Below, one piece after another: positions 26,211 through 40,560 of a DNA stretch of 64,000 nt. This stretch comes from Camelus ferus. Lineage: Eukaryota. The stretch's first letter is position 1. Each line of letters starts with the position of its first letter. Below the pieces are notes generated by a model that did not search any database, had not been told where the DNA came from, and saw only the letters and a program-made list of their open reading frames with translations. The translations under genes were made by a program, and so were the position numbers. The stretch is from positions 57,476,001 through 57,540,000 of the forward strand of contig NC_045696.1 of the NCBI RefSeq assembly GCF_009834535.1, written 5' to 3'.

Positions 26211-27830
26211 TTTTTTTAAATTGAAGTTTAATTGCTTTACAATATTATATTAGTTTCAGGTGTACAACATAGTGATTTAATATTTTTATAGATTATAATC
26301 CATTTAAAGTTATAATAAATTAATGGCTGTATTCCCCTGTGCTGTACAATATATCCTTTTTGCTTGTTTATTTTATATATAGTAGTTTGTATCTCTTAAT
26401 CCCATACCCCTGCCCCTTCTCCTCTCCCCATTGATAACCACTAGTTTGTTCTCTATGTATGTGAATCTATTTCTGTTTTTTATATACATTCATTTCATCT
26501 CTTAGATTCCACACATAAGTATTAACATATTGTATTTGTCTTTCTCTGCCTGACTAAGCATAATACCCTCTAGGTCCATCCACATTTTTGCAAATGGCAG
26601 AATTTCATTCTTTTTTATGCCTCAGTAATATTCCATTGTGTATGTATATACCACGTTTTCTTTATCCAGTCATCTGTTGAAAGACACTTAGATTGCTTCC
26701 ATATCTTAGCTTTTTTAAATAATGCTGCTATGAATATTGGAGTGCATGTATCTTTTTGAGTTAGTGTTTTTGTTTTCTTCAGATATATACCCTGGAATGG
26801 AATTGCTGGATTACATGGTAGTTCTGTCTTAAGGTATCTTCATACTGTTTTCCATAGTGGCTGCACCAATTTACATTCTCATCAACAGTGTACTAGGGTT
26901 CCCTTTTCTCCACATCCTTGCCAACATTTATTATTTGTAGGCTTTTTAATGATAGCCATTTTGATAAGTGTGAAATGATTTCTCATTGTGGTTTTGATGT
27001 GTATTTCTCTGATGATTAGTGATGCTGAGCATTTTTTCATGTGCCTTTGGCCATCTGTATATCTTCTCTTTGGAAAATGTCTACTCAAGTCTTCCACCCA
27101 TATTTTAATCGGGTTTTTAATTTATTTTTGATACTGACTTGTATGAGCTGTTTATAGATTTCAGATCTTAACCCCTTATCAGTCATATGATTTGCAATTA
27201 TTCTTTCCTATTCAGTAGATTGTCTTTTCATTTTGTGGATGGTTTCCTTTGCTGTGCAAAGCTTTTAAGTTTATGTCCTATTTATTTTTGCTTTTGTTTA
27301 TTTTGCCCTAGAAGACAGATCCAAAAAAAAAAATATTGCTGCAATTTTTATGTCAAAGACTGTTCTGCCTATAGTCTTATCTAGGAGTTCTATGATTTAG
27401 GTCTTATATTTAGGGCTTTAATCCATTTTGAGTTTATTTTAATAGATGGTGTGAGGAAACATTTGAATCTCATTCTTTTAGATTTCCATTTAGCTGTCCA
27501 GTTTCCCTGAAGAAACTGTCCTTTCTCCAGTGTATAGTTTTACCTCCTTTGTTGTAGATTAGTTGTCCGTAAGTGTGTGGGTTTATTTCTGGGCTGTCTA
27601 TTCTGTTGCATTGTTTTATGTGTCTGTTTTTGTGCCAGTACCGTGCTGTTTTGATTACTGTTTTTTTAACTTTATAGTATAGTCTGAAGTCAAGGAGCTT
27701 GATTCCTCCAGCTTTGTTCTCTTTTCTCAAGATTGCTTTGGCAATTTGGAGTCTTTTTGTGGTTTCATATAAATTTTAGGTTATTTGTTCTAGTTCTATG
27801 GAAAATGCCATGGGTATATTGATAGGGAAA
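26211..27830 (-). mobile_element. 5'-truncated L1 (older subfamily)
   Basis: 3' UTR plus ORF2 pieces ([35 protein letters not shown]). Confidence 0.9.
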
Positions 27831-28419
27831 CATATTTTTCCATTTATGTGCTTGGCAGTAGCTAAAATTTTTGTCAACAGCCAGTACTGGTGAGGATATA
27901 AAGGGAAACAAATATGTTCATACATTTTTGAGGAAGTATAAATTGGCACATACTTATTTTTTGTAGAGGCATTTTTTCTACAAAGCACTTAGAACAGTGT
28001 CTAGTACCTAGAAAATACTATAAAAGGTTTTGCTATCATTATCATCATACTTATTTGCTAATAACTATTAAAAATGTGCCTATTCCTTATCTAGAAATTC
28101 CTCTTATAATGAAACTTGTACAGATAGGTAGATATCTACATAGATATATCAGTATCAATCACATAAGAATGTTCTGTGAAGCATTTTTCATTCTAAGGGA
28201 AAAAATGGAAAAATTTTAAGTGTCCATCAAGAAGGGATTACAATATTACACATCCATTTAAAAAAGGGGTTAGACTACATTTTAGGAACAAAGAAGGATA
28301 TCCAGATATATTGTGAAGCAAAAAAGTTAGTTTTTGCATATTATATAATGTGTGGGGTGTGTGTGTGTGTGTGTGTGTGTACCATTTTTGAAAACAGAAG
28401 GCATGTATGTATTCTCCTA

Positions 28420-30995
28420 GACTGTGAATTTTATTTTTTCATCTCTTAACAGTGACATTTGAAGAGCCAAAGTTTTTACTTTTGAATACACCCATTTTGT
28501 CAGTTTTTTTTCTAGATTGTCTTTTTGGTGTCATGTTGAAAAAAAATTTTGAAGACTAAACCAAGGTCACAGTAACAAAGGTTTTCTCCTATGTTTTCTT
28601 TTACAAGTCTTATAGTTTTACAATTAGGTCTAAGTTACATTTTAAGTTAATTTTTGTATCAAAGTTTATTTTTTTGCATGTGGAGATTGAATTATTCCAA
28701 CACCGTTTGTTGAAAAGGCTAATTATTCTCAAATGGATTACGTTCGCACCTTTTTTAAAAAAATCAGTTGTCCATATATGTGTGGGTCTATTTCTGGACT
28801 CTTTATTCTATTACATTGATACATTTGTTATTTTATGCCAGGCACACCACATTATCTTGATAACTGTAGTTTTATAATAAGTCTTGAAATCAGGAAGTTT
28901 TCGTCCTACTACATTATTATTCTCTTACAGTGTTGTTTTGGGTATTCTAGGACTTTTCCATTTTCATATAAAGTTTAGAATTAGCTTCTCAATTTCTTAA
29001 AAATCTTATTGAAATTTTTGTTGTGACTGCATTGAACCCATAGATCAATTTCAGGAAAATTGATATTTTAACAGTATTGAGTCTTCTGACCCATGAACAG
29101 AATATTTCTCTCCCTTTATTTAGATCTTTAATTTCTTTCAGCAGTGCTTTATGGTTTTCAGCATACATGTTCTTCAAATATTTTGTTAGAGTTATCTATA
29201 ATTATTTAATTTTGAGAAGCTATTATAAATGCTCTTATTTATATAATTTTGATTTCTAATTGCTCATTGCTAGTACATAGAAATACAATTAATTTTTGTA
29301 TATTGTTCCTATATATTTAACCTTGCTAATAAACTCACTATTCTAGTAGCTTTTTTGTAGATACCATGAAATTTTCTACATACACAGTCATGTTATCTGT
29401 GAATAATGACAATTTTACCTCTTTCTTTCCAATCTGGATGGCTTTTATTTCTTATTCATGACTTACTGTATGAGTTAGAACCTTCAACATGATGTTGACT
29501 CGAGGTGGTCAAATTGAGAAGCCTCGTATTTCTGATGCTGGAGGGAAAATATTTAGCCTCTTACAATTATGTATGATTTCAGCTGTAGGCTTTTCCTAGG
29601 TGTCCTTCATCAGATTAACTTCCCTTCTGTTTCTATTTTGCTAAGAGTTTTTTTATCAAGAATGTTAAAATTTCTACTGTTTTGAGATGGCTTTTAATTT
29701 CCAGTTTTTAATATGGTGAATTATATTCATTGATTTTTGAAAGTCTATATGCCTTAGAAAACCCCACTTAGTCATGTTGTATTATCCTTTTACTATATTA
29801 GCATTTCTCAACCTCAGCAATATTGGCATTTGGAGTTGAATAATTCTTTGTCAGGGGCTGTCTCACTCATTGTAGAATGTCTAGCAGCATTGCTAGGTTC
29901 TACCTATTTGATTCTAGTATCAACATTTGCGCCCAGTTGTGACAACCAAAAATATCTCCAGACATTACCAGATGTCTCTCTAGGTGACAGAATCATCCCT
30001 GATTGAGAACCACTGTTGTGTATTACTAAATTTGATTTGCTAAAATTTTCTTTAAATTTTTTGTATCTGTGTTCATAAGACAGTGTTGATTTGTAATTTA
30101 TTTTGTAATGTCTTTGTTGGATTTTGTATCAGTAATTCTAGCCCTAAGGAATGAGTTGAAAAGTATTCCTTCCTTTTTAATTATATGGAAGAGTTTGTAT
30201 CAAACTGGTATTATTTCTTCCTTAAATGAGTGTAGAATTCACTTGTGAAGTCATCTGTAGTTGGAGATATGTGTGGGGGGAATAGGGAGGGTTTTAACTA
30301 TAACTCAACTGTCTAAAGAAAACTTATGAATTTTCAGGTATCTGTTTCTTCTTGAGTGAACTTTAATAGTTTGTGCCTTTCATGCAGTTGATCCATTTCA
30401 TCTAATTTGTTGAGTTTTTGGGCATAAAGTAGTTCACAGTATTCCTTCCTATTCATTTAATTCTGTAGGATCTGTGCAGTCACCCTTTTGACTCCTGATA
30501 TTAGTAATTCATGTCTAGTATCTTTTTTCTTGACACACTTTGTAGAGTTTTATCAATATTACTTATGTTCTCAAGCAATCAGTTTTTGGTTTCATTTATT
30601 TTCACTACTTTTCTCTGTTGTCTTTGTTTCTTGCTTTTACTATTTTTTTCCTTTTGCTTACTTTAGTTTTAATTTGCTCTTCTGTCTCTAACCTCTTAAG
30701 GTACAGTTTATTTCATGTAATTGAGACCCCCCCCAATATAATCATTTAATGTTTTAAATTTCTCTCTAGGCTATACTTTAGTTGTATTCCACAGATTTTG
30801 ATAAGTTGTGTTTTCATTTTCATTCGATTAGAAGTATTTTCTAAATTATTTTTGATTTCTTTTTTGACCCATGGGTTTTTTAGAAGTGTATTTACTTATC
30901 AAATATTTGGGGATTATGTACGTTCCACTTATAAATTTTAAATTTTATTTTGTTTTGGTAGAGGACATACTCTGTATAAATCCAGTGTTTTAAAA
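28420..30995 (-). mobile_element. Ancient L1 ORF2 segment
   Basis: Degenerate ORF2 peptides (ENHKALLKEIKDLNKGREIFCSW); boundaries approximate. Confidence 0.8.
29799..30015 (+). mobile_element. MER20-like hAT MITE nested in the ancient L1
   Basis: About 217 nt; ends TTCTCAACC / GATTGAGAACCACTG; internal CAGTTGTGACAACCAAAAATATCTCCAGACATT. Confidence 0.85.
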
Positions 30996-31002
30996 TGTAT
31001 TG

Positions 31003-31900
31003 TGGGACAAGATGGCGTAGACTTATCTCTTTCTGCTTCTCCCCACTAAGTAAAACTATAAACCCTGGAAATAACACAAAAGACAACCAAAGGAGAACTC
31101 TGAAAGGTGGAAAGAGCAAGGTAATCTGGTTAGGGACCCCAGGAAGGACTAGAGGAACAGTATAGTCAGGGTATCTTATAACCTTCCCCTCCCAGAAGAT
31201 GACAATTCAGGCCTAACATGTCTTGACCCCCAACTTAGCTATATAAGGCATCCCAAATTCATTCTTCCCCCAGATTGAAAGAAGTATCCAACACTAGGCT
31301 AGTTCAGACAAGACAAACAGCAGGGATAGATCTGCTGACAACTTGTCACCAGGGAAAATACTCTCCTTTCTCTCCAGGCCTGAGGTTCCATTTCCCTACC
31401 CAGAGGATATTGGCAAAAGATAGTGTAGGGTCCCACCACAAAAATGGCAAGGGAGATCCCACCATAAAAAGGGTACACCCCAAGAAACACTCCCCTTCTC
31501 CATCCAGAGACATCTTGTGTGTATGTTTATTGGAGAGAGATGTTTAGTGGCAGAGGAGTCATACCACAGCAAGCAACCCGCTTGGGAATTTTCTTTGTCC
31601 CTGTGGGCCTGAGACTCTTCTTCCCTACCAGAGACACTGTGTGGGCTACTTTATCAGCAAAGGGGATCATGCCACAAAAGCAGCCCTGGCATGGGAAGTG
31701 TTGTTCTTCTCTCCTAGGCCTGGGACTCCCCTCCCCCACCCAGAGACACCATACAGCGAGGAGTACTGGCAAGGGAGATCATGCCACGAGTGGCTCCAGT
31801 CTTGGAAGTTCTCTCTTTCTCTGCCTGGCCTGATACTCCTCTCCTCAATCAGAGATACCACATGGCCAGAAGGCACTCATAAGTGGAATCCCACTATGAC
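31003..31900 (+). mobile_element. Old L1 5' UTR-like segment
   Basis: Starts GGGACAAGATGGCG (YY1-type motif typical of L1 5' ends), higher GC, with internal repeats of CCAGAGACAC. Confidence 0.5.
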
Positions 31901-31914
31901 AAGTGGAACCTTAT

Positions 31915-33936
31915 GTCAGGTCACAAAACTAATCTTAAGAAATTTAAAGAGAGTGAAATCATATTAAGTATCTTTTCCAACCACAACAGTATGAAACTAG
32001 GATTAATAAGAGGAGAACCGGGAAAAAATGTGGAAATTAAGCAACACACTCCCGAATGCCAGTGGGTCAAAGAAGAAATCAAAAAGGAAATTTTGAAATA
32101 TCTTCAAATAAATTAAAATGGAAGCACAATACACCAAAAATTATGGTACGCAGCAAAAGAAGTTCTAAGAAGGGAATTTATAGCAATAAATGCCTGCATG
32201 AGAAAAAAGATCTCAAAGAAACCACTTTTATACCTCAAGAAACTGGAAGAAGAACAAACTAGGCCCAAGTTAGCAGAAGGAAGGAGACAGTAAGAATCAG
32301 AGCAGAAATAAAATAAAAATAGACTAGAAAAACAATACAAAAAATGAATAAAACTGAGTTGAATTTTTAAAAAGACAAAATTGACAAACCTCTAAGTAGT
32401 CTAATGAAGAACAAAAGAGAGACAACTCAAATAAGTAAAATCAGAACTGAGACATTAAATTGATACTACAGAAAAACACATATTCATAAGACTACTATGA
32501 ATAATTATATGCCAACAAACTGGATAACCTGGAAGAAATGGATGAATTCCTAGAAACACACAACCTGCTAAGACTAAATCATCAAGAAATAGAAAATCTG
32601 ACAGACCAATTATTAGTAAGGATATTGAATCAGTAATCAGAAAACTCCTAGCAAAGAAAAAGCCCAGGATCAGATGGCTTCACTGGTGAGTTCTACCAAC
32701 TGTTTAAAGAATAATTAATCTTTCTCAAACTATTCCAACAAAGTGAAGAGGAAGGAACACTTTGAAATTGATTTTATGATGCCAGCTTTCCCCTGGTACC
32801 AACCAGACAAGGACACTATAAGAAAAGAAAATTACAGGCCAGTATCTCTGATGAACATAGATGCAAAAATCATCAACAAAGTACTAGCAAACAGAATTCA
32901 ACAGCACATTAAAAAGATTATACATCATGATAAAGTGGGATTTAGTCTGAGATGCAAGGATGGTTCAACATACACAAATCAATAAATGTAACACACCATG
33001 TTAACAGAATAAAGGATAAAAATTATATGATCATCTCAATAGACACAGAAAAAAAGCATTTGACAAAATTCAACATACTTTCATGGTAAAAATCTCAACA
33101 AATTATATATAGAAAAAATGTATTTCAACATTGTAAAGACCATGTATGGTAACATCATACTCAACAGTGAAAAGCTGAAAGGTTTTTCTCTAAGATCAAG
33201 AACAAGGCAAGAGTGCTCACTCTCATCATTTCTATTGAACATAGTACTGGAAATTCTAGCCAGTGCAACTGGGCAAGAAAAAGAATTCAGTGACATTCAC
33301 ATGAGAAAGAAGAAATAAATTTTGTCTCCGTTTGCAGGTGACACAATTTTGTATAGAAAACCTTAAAAACTTCACTAAAAAAACCTGTTAGAACTAATAA
33401 ACTCAAAGTGCAAGATACAAAATCAACGTACAAAGTCAGTTGCATTTCTATTACTAACAATAGGCTATCAGAAAGAGAAATAAGTGAAATAAGCTACACA
33501 GATAAAGACAAATACTGTATGACATCACTTGTATGTGGAATCCAAAAAAAGAAAAAAAGTCAAACTCATAGAAACAGAGTGTAGAAAGTATGCCAGGAGC
33601 CAGGTGTAAGGGAAAAAGAGGAGCTTATTGGTCAAAGGGTATAAACTTTTAGTTTTAATGTCAATAAGTTCTGGGGATCTAATGTACAGTAAGGTGTCTA
33701 TAGTTAATAATACTGTATTGTATACTAGAAATTTCCTGAGAGAGATCTTAAGTGTTCCCATCACATACACACACACACACACAAACAAAATGGTAACCAT
33801 GTGAGGTGACCAATGTATTAAGTAACTTGATTATGGTAATCATTTCACAGTGTATATGTATATCAAAGCATCATGTACACTGTAGAGATATACAAGGGTT
33901 TTTTTGCTAATTATACCTCAATAAAGTTGAAAAAAA
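31915..33936 (+). mobile_element. Sense-oriented L1 ORF2 fragment and 3' UTR with internal deletion
   Basis: [35 protein letters not shown] and RTRQECSLSSFLLNIVLE; 3' end AATAAA at 33920 followed by an A-tract. Confidence 0.9.
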
Positions 33937-34038
33937 TTCATCTGTATGTGTTGCATTGAATTACATGTATTGGGGAAATAAGAAAAGTATTAGAGGATGA
34001 TTTCTATCAGAATAGATTTTAATTTTTACATTTTTTAA

Positions 34039-34713
34039 CTTTTTTTATTGAGTTATAGTCATTTTACAATGTTGTGTCAAATTCCAATGTAAAGCACAAT
34101 TTTTCAGTTATACATGAACATACATATATTCATTGTCACTTTTTTTTTCACTGTGAGCTACCACAAGATCTTGTATATATTTCCCTGTGCTATACAGTAT
34201 AATCTTGTTTATCTATTCTGTGTATACCTGTCAATATCTACAACTTTTGAAATCCCAGTCTGTCCCTTTTCACCCCCCTTCCCCCTTGGTAACCACAAGT
34301 TTGTATTCTATGTCTATGAGTCTGTTTCTATTTTATATTTATGTTCTTTTTTTTTTTTTAGATTCCACATATGAGTGATCTCATAAGGTATTTTTCTTTC
34401 TCTTTCTGGCTTACTTCACTTAGAATGACATTCTCCAGGTCTATCCATGTTGTTGCAAATGGCATTATTTTATTCTTTTTTATGGATGAGTAGTATTCCA
34501 TTGTATAAATATACCACATCTTCTTTATCCAGTCATCTGTTGATGAACATTTAGGCTGTTTCCATGTCTTGGCTATTGTAAATAGTGCTGCTATGAACAT
34601 TGGAGTGCAGGTGTCATTGTGAAGTAGGGTTCCTTCTGGATATATGCCCAGGAGCGGGATTACTGGGTCATATGGTAAGTCTATTCCTAGTCTTTTGAGG
34701 AATCTCCATACTG
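34039..34713 (-). mobile_element. Young 5'-truncated L1
   Basis: Near-identical to 17700-18370; approximate TSD TTTTTACATTTTTT on both sides. Confidence 0.9.
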
Positions 34714-35398
34714 TTTTTACATTTTTTTAATTTTCCTTTTTTGTATATTTTATTTGAATTACTTGTGTATTTAAGTATAATGGTATAAATCTAGTGTTAA
34801 CATTTAGATATTGCCTATATCTTTTACCTTTCATAATCCCAAAATTGAATATGGCTTCACTTAATGGTAGATGAGGTTTTTATTTTATTTTGGTGGTGGG
34901 GGAGGTCCTAGGCCTGTGCATGTATGTTGTCCAGAGATGGGACAGGGAGAAAGAAGTACTACCAGAGAACTGCTGAGAAAGAAAGGAAGACTTGGGTCCA
35001 GGGCTGCAATTTTTGCTAGAAAAGTTGCCCCCCACCCCCATTTTTTTTCAACTCTTGGTTGGGTGGTAACAAAGAGCACGCTCAATCTCTAACAATAGAT
35101 AAGTTGGGTGTCAAAATCTAAAATACCATTTTCCAAGCAGAATTTTAAAGCATATGGTCACAAAAAAGTTAGCAGTGATTATTCCTGGGGAGTAGGATTA
35201 AAGAAACTTGAGGAGGGGCTAGGAAAGAGCAATTTTTGCTTTTCCTTTTGTACTTGTAGGGGAACTTTTTAAATAAAATGCTTTGAATGCTGTAAATGTG
35301 TGTTTAGTCTTATTTATGCCTCATAAATAGTTTTTTAGAAACTCATACATTCAAATTTTATTATATTTATTTAATATTTACAGCTCATATTATTCATC

Positions 35399-35541
35399 TT
35401 TTTTTTTTTTTTTTTTTTTTTTTTTTGGAGAGGGAGGTAATTGTTTATTTATTTATTTACTTGGTGGAGGTACTGGGGATTGAACCCAGGACCTTGTGCA
35501 TGCTAGGCATGCACTCTACCACTGAGCTATACCCTGTCCCC
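35399..35541 (-). mobile_element. tRNA-derived SINE (Vic-1-like), antisense
   Basis: Reverse complement of the 11003 element (GGGATTGAACCCAGG, CTCTACCACTGAGCTATA) with a 28-nt poly-T tail. Confidence 0.9.
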
Positions 35542-35595
35542 TTACAGTTAGTATCATTTATTTAACCTTTCTATTATCTTTTCTTTTATTTTCAG

Positions 35596-35853
35596 AACTG
35601 ATGGCAGAGGCTAGTCTAATGGACCAGATGAGTAGTTGCGATAGTTCATCAGATTCCAAAAGTTCATCATCATCAAGCAGTGAGGATAGTTCCAGTGATT
35701 CGGAAGATGAAGAGTGCAGATCCTCTCCTTCTGATCCAGGGAATTATATCTCAGGACATCCTACCATGTCTGCCATGCCACAGCCCAGGATTCCTGAGAT
35801 AGATGCCAGTCATAATAAATATGACAACAGTGGCCTTCTGATGAATACTTTAA
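35596..35853 (+). CDS. EAF2: EAF2 exon 5 (Ser/Asp/Glu-rich acidic region)
   Basis: Long pyrimidine tract plus cAG, ELMAEASLMDQMSSCDSSSDSKSSSSSSSEDSSSDSEDEE...GLLMNTL, donor GTAAGT; 258 nt. Confidence 0.96.
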
Positions 35854-35959
35854 GTAAGTATACATAAGCGTGAGTAACTGGAAAAGTAAGAATTCACAGT
35901 GGAGCCATTATGGTCTAAAAACTGGATAAAAAGGAAGACTTCTTTTTTATTCATTTGAC

Positions 35960-37140
35960 AAGATTAACCATTACCTTCTTATTGAATTATTCATTTTTTT
36001 TACTCTGTGGCATAACGCCTTATTGGTGTTTCTCCTATCTTTCTAGATACTTTTCTGTCTCTTCTTTGCTGGTTTATAATTTTCAACTCGGTCATTGGAG
36101 CTGGGGTTCCTCAAGGTGTAATTCTAGTTCCTTGTTTCTTTTTATTCTATTTTCTTTCCCCAGATAATCTTCATACTTCTATTTTGGTTAATACTTATGT
36201 GTAAATAACTTGTAAATTTGCATCTATGACCAGACCTCTGACCTCTAGGCACATAAATCCAACGTTATCTCATGTTAAAAGACATTTCAAATTCACTTTG
36301 TCCAAAACCATTTTATAATCTTTGACTAACTGTGTTTCCTTCTAGTGAAAGGCAGAATTCATCTAATTGTGCAAACCAGAAGCCTGATTGTATCCAAGGG
36401 TTGACTTCCTCTCCCTTTATATAGTTTAGTCAATTTTTCACCAAGTCTTATTTATTTTACCTCCTTAATCTCAAATTCATCTACTTCTGTGCATCTCAAC
36501 TACTGTCACTGTAGTTAAACCTATTATTTTTTTGCTTTAAACTATGCAGTGACTTCTTAACCAGTTCACCTCTTATCAGTTCAAACCCATTTTTGATCAC
36601 TAAGTACATTGCAGCCATGTCAAATGTATTTTGCATAATTCAAATATATTTTGTCTCTCCTACTTTATGCTTTTCAGTAGCTTATAATTTCTTTTAGGAT
36701 AGAAACAAAACATTTTAACATTATGGTCTTGCTCCTTTTGTTATAGCAACATTTGCCTTCTTTTTGTCACCATTCTCAAATACTTTAACCTACCCCAGGG
36801 CCTTTACATGTGCTGTCCATTCAGCCAGAAGCACTTTCTTCTTTTCATGTGTTAACTTTTTCTCCTTAAGGTTACAGTTTAAGGTTTACTTTATCAACAA
36901 AGACTTTCTTGACCTTTTTGACAGGGTCAAATCCCTCTTGTTATAGACCTTCAGAGCAATGTCTTCTTTATATCAGTTGTCACAATTATACATTTATATT
37001 TGTGTGATTTGCTTTCTTCTAAAGTATAAGTTCTGGAAGGACAGTGATCTTGTTTATGTTGCTTATCATTGAATACTAGTACTAACACCTAGCACAGTAC
37101 CTGATATATAGTAGATGCTCCATAAATTCTTTTTAATGAA
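35960..37140. mobile_element. L2 LINE relic
   Basis: Pyrimidine-rich degenerate sequence ending CCTAGCACAGTACCTGATATATAGTAGATGCTCCATAAAT, typical of an L2 3' end. Confidence 0.6.
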
Positions 37141-38018
37141 GGCATGCAGGCTGATACTCTGGGGGAGAATGGGACTTTCTGTTTGGTTAAAACTAATTTC
37201 ACTATGTTAATTAATAATGATAAAGTGAGCAGCTAGGAAAGACTGAATAGCTGTAGCCTAATAACAGAACTAAACAAGGGAGGAGCCACAAATGGGTGGT
37301 AGAGAGTTAATATAAAACTATGAGTTAATTAGGGACCAGGAGAGGTCTTTTGAGCTTCTAGTTATTTGTCTTTAGTGCTATTATCCCTAACCTGAGAGGT
37401 GAAATTTTAGCATCTGATTTCTTGAATGGACAAATGACGAAAGTTCAATTTACCAGAGGGATAAACAGTTATGAATCTGTATGCCCATAATAATACACCT
37501 TCATAATCTATGTACATATATTAAAGTATGTAGTTACATATGTGTGTATACTTAAAACAAAATTTGACAGAAATAGGAGAAACTGACAAATCTATCATAA
37601 TAGTAGATTTAATGTATCTCTAATCAAGCAGATAGAATTTAGTAAGGGTATAAAATCTTCAAACAACATAATTAACATGCCCATTCTAATAGTAAATACA
37701 CAGAATCTTACAGTCTAAAAAGGAAAACTAGGCATTCTTTTAAGAATATAAATATAAAGCATTTATAGAAATTACTTTCCATTAGAACAAAGGAAATAAC
37801 ACATTTAAAAGAATTAATATTTTATCAATCATATCATATGACTATAATACAATGAAAATAAAAATAAATAACAAAAATAATTTAAAATACATGCTTAGAA
37901 ACTGTCAGAGCACATAGACTTAGTGACTTACATGTTAAAAGGAAATTATAATGAAATTATAAAATATTTATAAGTAAGCAGTATCAGAAATATCTCAGCA
38001 GTTTGGGGGTACACCTAA

Positions 38019-38461
38019 ATGGTGCTTATAGACCTGGAGAATGTCATTCTAAGTGAAGTAAGCCAGAAAGAGATAGAAAAATACCATGTAATTATCACTC
38101 ATATGTGGAATCTAAAAAAAAAACAAAACAACAACACACACACACACACACAAATGAACTTACTTACAAAACAGAAACAGACTCACAGACATAGAAAACA
38201 AATTTATGGTTACCAGGGAGAAAAGAGAGCGGGAAGGGATAAATTGGGAGTTTAAGATTTGCAGATACTAACTACTATGTATAAAATAGATAAACAAGTT
38301 TCTTCTGTATAGCACAGGGAACTACATTCAATATCTTGTAGTAACCTATAGTGAAAAAGATTATGAAAAAGAATATATGTATGTATATGTATGACTGAAA
38401 CATTATGCTGTACACTAGAAATTGACACAACATTGTAAACTCACTACTACATTAAAAAAAA
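38019..38461 (+). mobile_element. L1 3' end fragment (sense)
   Basis: [17 protein letters not shown]2 tail, L1 3' UTR, A tail. Confidence 0.88.
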
Positions 38462-39376
38462 TCCAAAGAAAGAACATCTTCCCTTTCTAAACATAGGCAT
38501 ATTTTAAAAAATGATATGGAAAAATTAGCAGTGATCTTGTTATACCAGTAATAACCACTTAGGATTTCTTTTTAAAAATTAGTGAATTTCTTTTCCTGAT
38601 ACATTTTATCCAAACTGTAAGTTTCCTAATAAGAGGAAATAAATTCCTTTTTCTTTTTTTTACTGTTACTGCAGTCATCTCATTTCTCAACCTTTTCAGA
38701 CTCAGAATTCTCTTTAATAACATACTATGTTATGGTATTATTATGTTGAAATGAATTTCATAGCTAAGTATCATCTAGGCACATACATCTTTGATAATAA
38801 TTAATATAATAAGACAAAATAAAAATAGCATATATTCTACTTTGAAAATGTTCAGGTATGACCAGAAGACCTAACAAAGTGCCAGAAAATTGCACTTACT
38901 TTTAATGAATAAATTTGAAACTAAGAGAAGCAAGACAGCATTCAACTCGTATGTCGATAATTTTTCTTTTTATTTAACTTGTTCAAATAAGGGCTGGAAA
39001 AGTATGTACATATATATTCATAGAATTGCATACGCAGAGAAGTGTTGAGGTACTATACTGCTGATCCAAATACAATGAGCAGCATTGATATCACTGATGT
39101 TTTCAAAAATGATTAAAAAAAGAAAATCCTTGTAAAGTTCTAAAAAAAAAGGTAAAGTCTTTCAGTTTACATGATAGTTGCATCCTTGTAAGTTTCAGAG
39201 AATTTTAAATCTGTGTAAAAGAATACTTTTTAAAAACACCTCTGTTGTGGTATAATTCTTGTACAGTAAGCTACACATATTTCAGATATACAATTTGATG
39301 AATTTTGATAGGTGTATACACATATGAAACTACCACCACAATCAAGATAGCTAACATTTCCATCATTCCCCAAGAG

Positions 39377-40560
39377 GTGCAAATTTTGAACTCCTGATTT
39401 ATCCCTTCCCACCCCCTTTACCCACTGGTAACCATAAGTTCCATAAGTTTGTTCTCTATGTTTGTGAGTCTGTTTCTGTTTTGTACATAAGTTCATTTTT
39501 GTCCTTTTTTTCAATTCTACATATAAGCCATATCTATTCTACATATAAGCCATATTTATCATATGGTGTTTTTCTTTTTCTTTCTGGTTTGCTTCACTTA
39601 GAATGACAATCTCCAGGTCCATCCATTGTGCTGCAAATGGCATTATTTCATTATTTTTTTTGGCTGAGTAGTATTCCGTTGTGTATAAATACCACATCTT
39701 CTTTATCCAGTCATCTCTCAATGGACTTTTAGGTTGTTTCCATGTGTTGGCTATTGTATACAGTGCTGCTGTGAACTTTGGGGTGCATGTGTCTTTTCGA
39801 ATTATATTTTCCTCTGGATATATGCCGAGGAGTGGGATTGCTGGATCATATGGTAAGTTTATTTTTAGTTTTTTAAGGAAATTCCATACTGTCCTCCATA
39901 GTGGACTGCACCAACTTACATTCTCACCAACAATGTAGGAGGGTTCCTTTGTCTCCACACCCTCTCCAGCATTTATCATTTGTGAACTTTTTAATGTTGG
40001 CCATTCTGACTGGTGTGAGGTGATATCTCATTGTAGTTTTGGTTTGCATTTCTCTAACAATTAGTGATGCTGAGTATCTTTTCATGTGCCTGTTGGTCAT
40101 CTGGATATCTTCTTTGGAGAGATATCTATTTAGGTCTTCTGCTCATTTTTTTTAATTGGATTGCTTTTTTAAAAAAATATTAAGCTGTATGAGCTGTTTG
40201 TATATTTTGGAAATTAGTCCCTTGTTGGTCACATCATTTGCAAATATTTTCTCCCATTCTGTAGGTTGTCTTTTCATTTTGTTGATGGTATCCTTAGCTG
40301 TGCAAAAGCTTTTAAGTTTAATTAGGTCCCATTTGTTTATTTTTGCTTTTATTTCCATTATTCTAGGAGCTGGTTCAAAAAAAATATTGCTGTGATTCAT
40401 GTCAAAGAGTGTTCTGCCTATGTTTTCCTCTAGGAGTTTTATAGAATCTGGTCTCACACTTAGTCTGTAATCCATTTTGAGTTTATTTTTGCGTATAGTG
40501 TTAGAGAATGTTCTAATTTCACTCTTTTACAGGAAGCTTCCAGTTTTCCCAGCACCACTT
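39377..40560 (-). mobile_element. L1 ORF2 3' fragment
   Basis: ORFs 39539-39979 and 40152-40475 are ORF2 C-terminal peptides ([28 protein letters not shown]). Confidence 0.92.

Noticed and set aside
39515..39556. 22-nt tandem duplication TTCTACATATAAGCCATAT in an L1 (similarly GTGGCTAGGTAAGAA at ~14814-14846)
   Set aside because: Ordinary local slippage with no sign of function.
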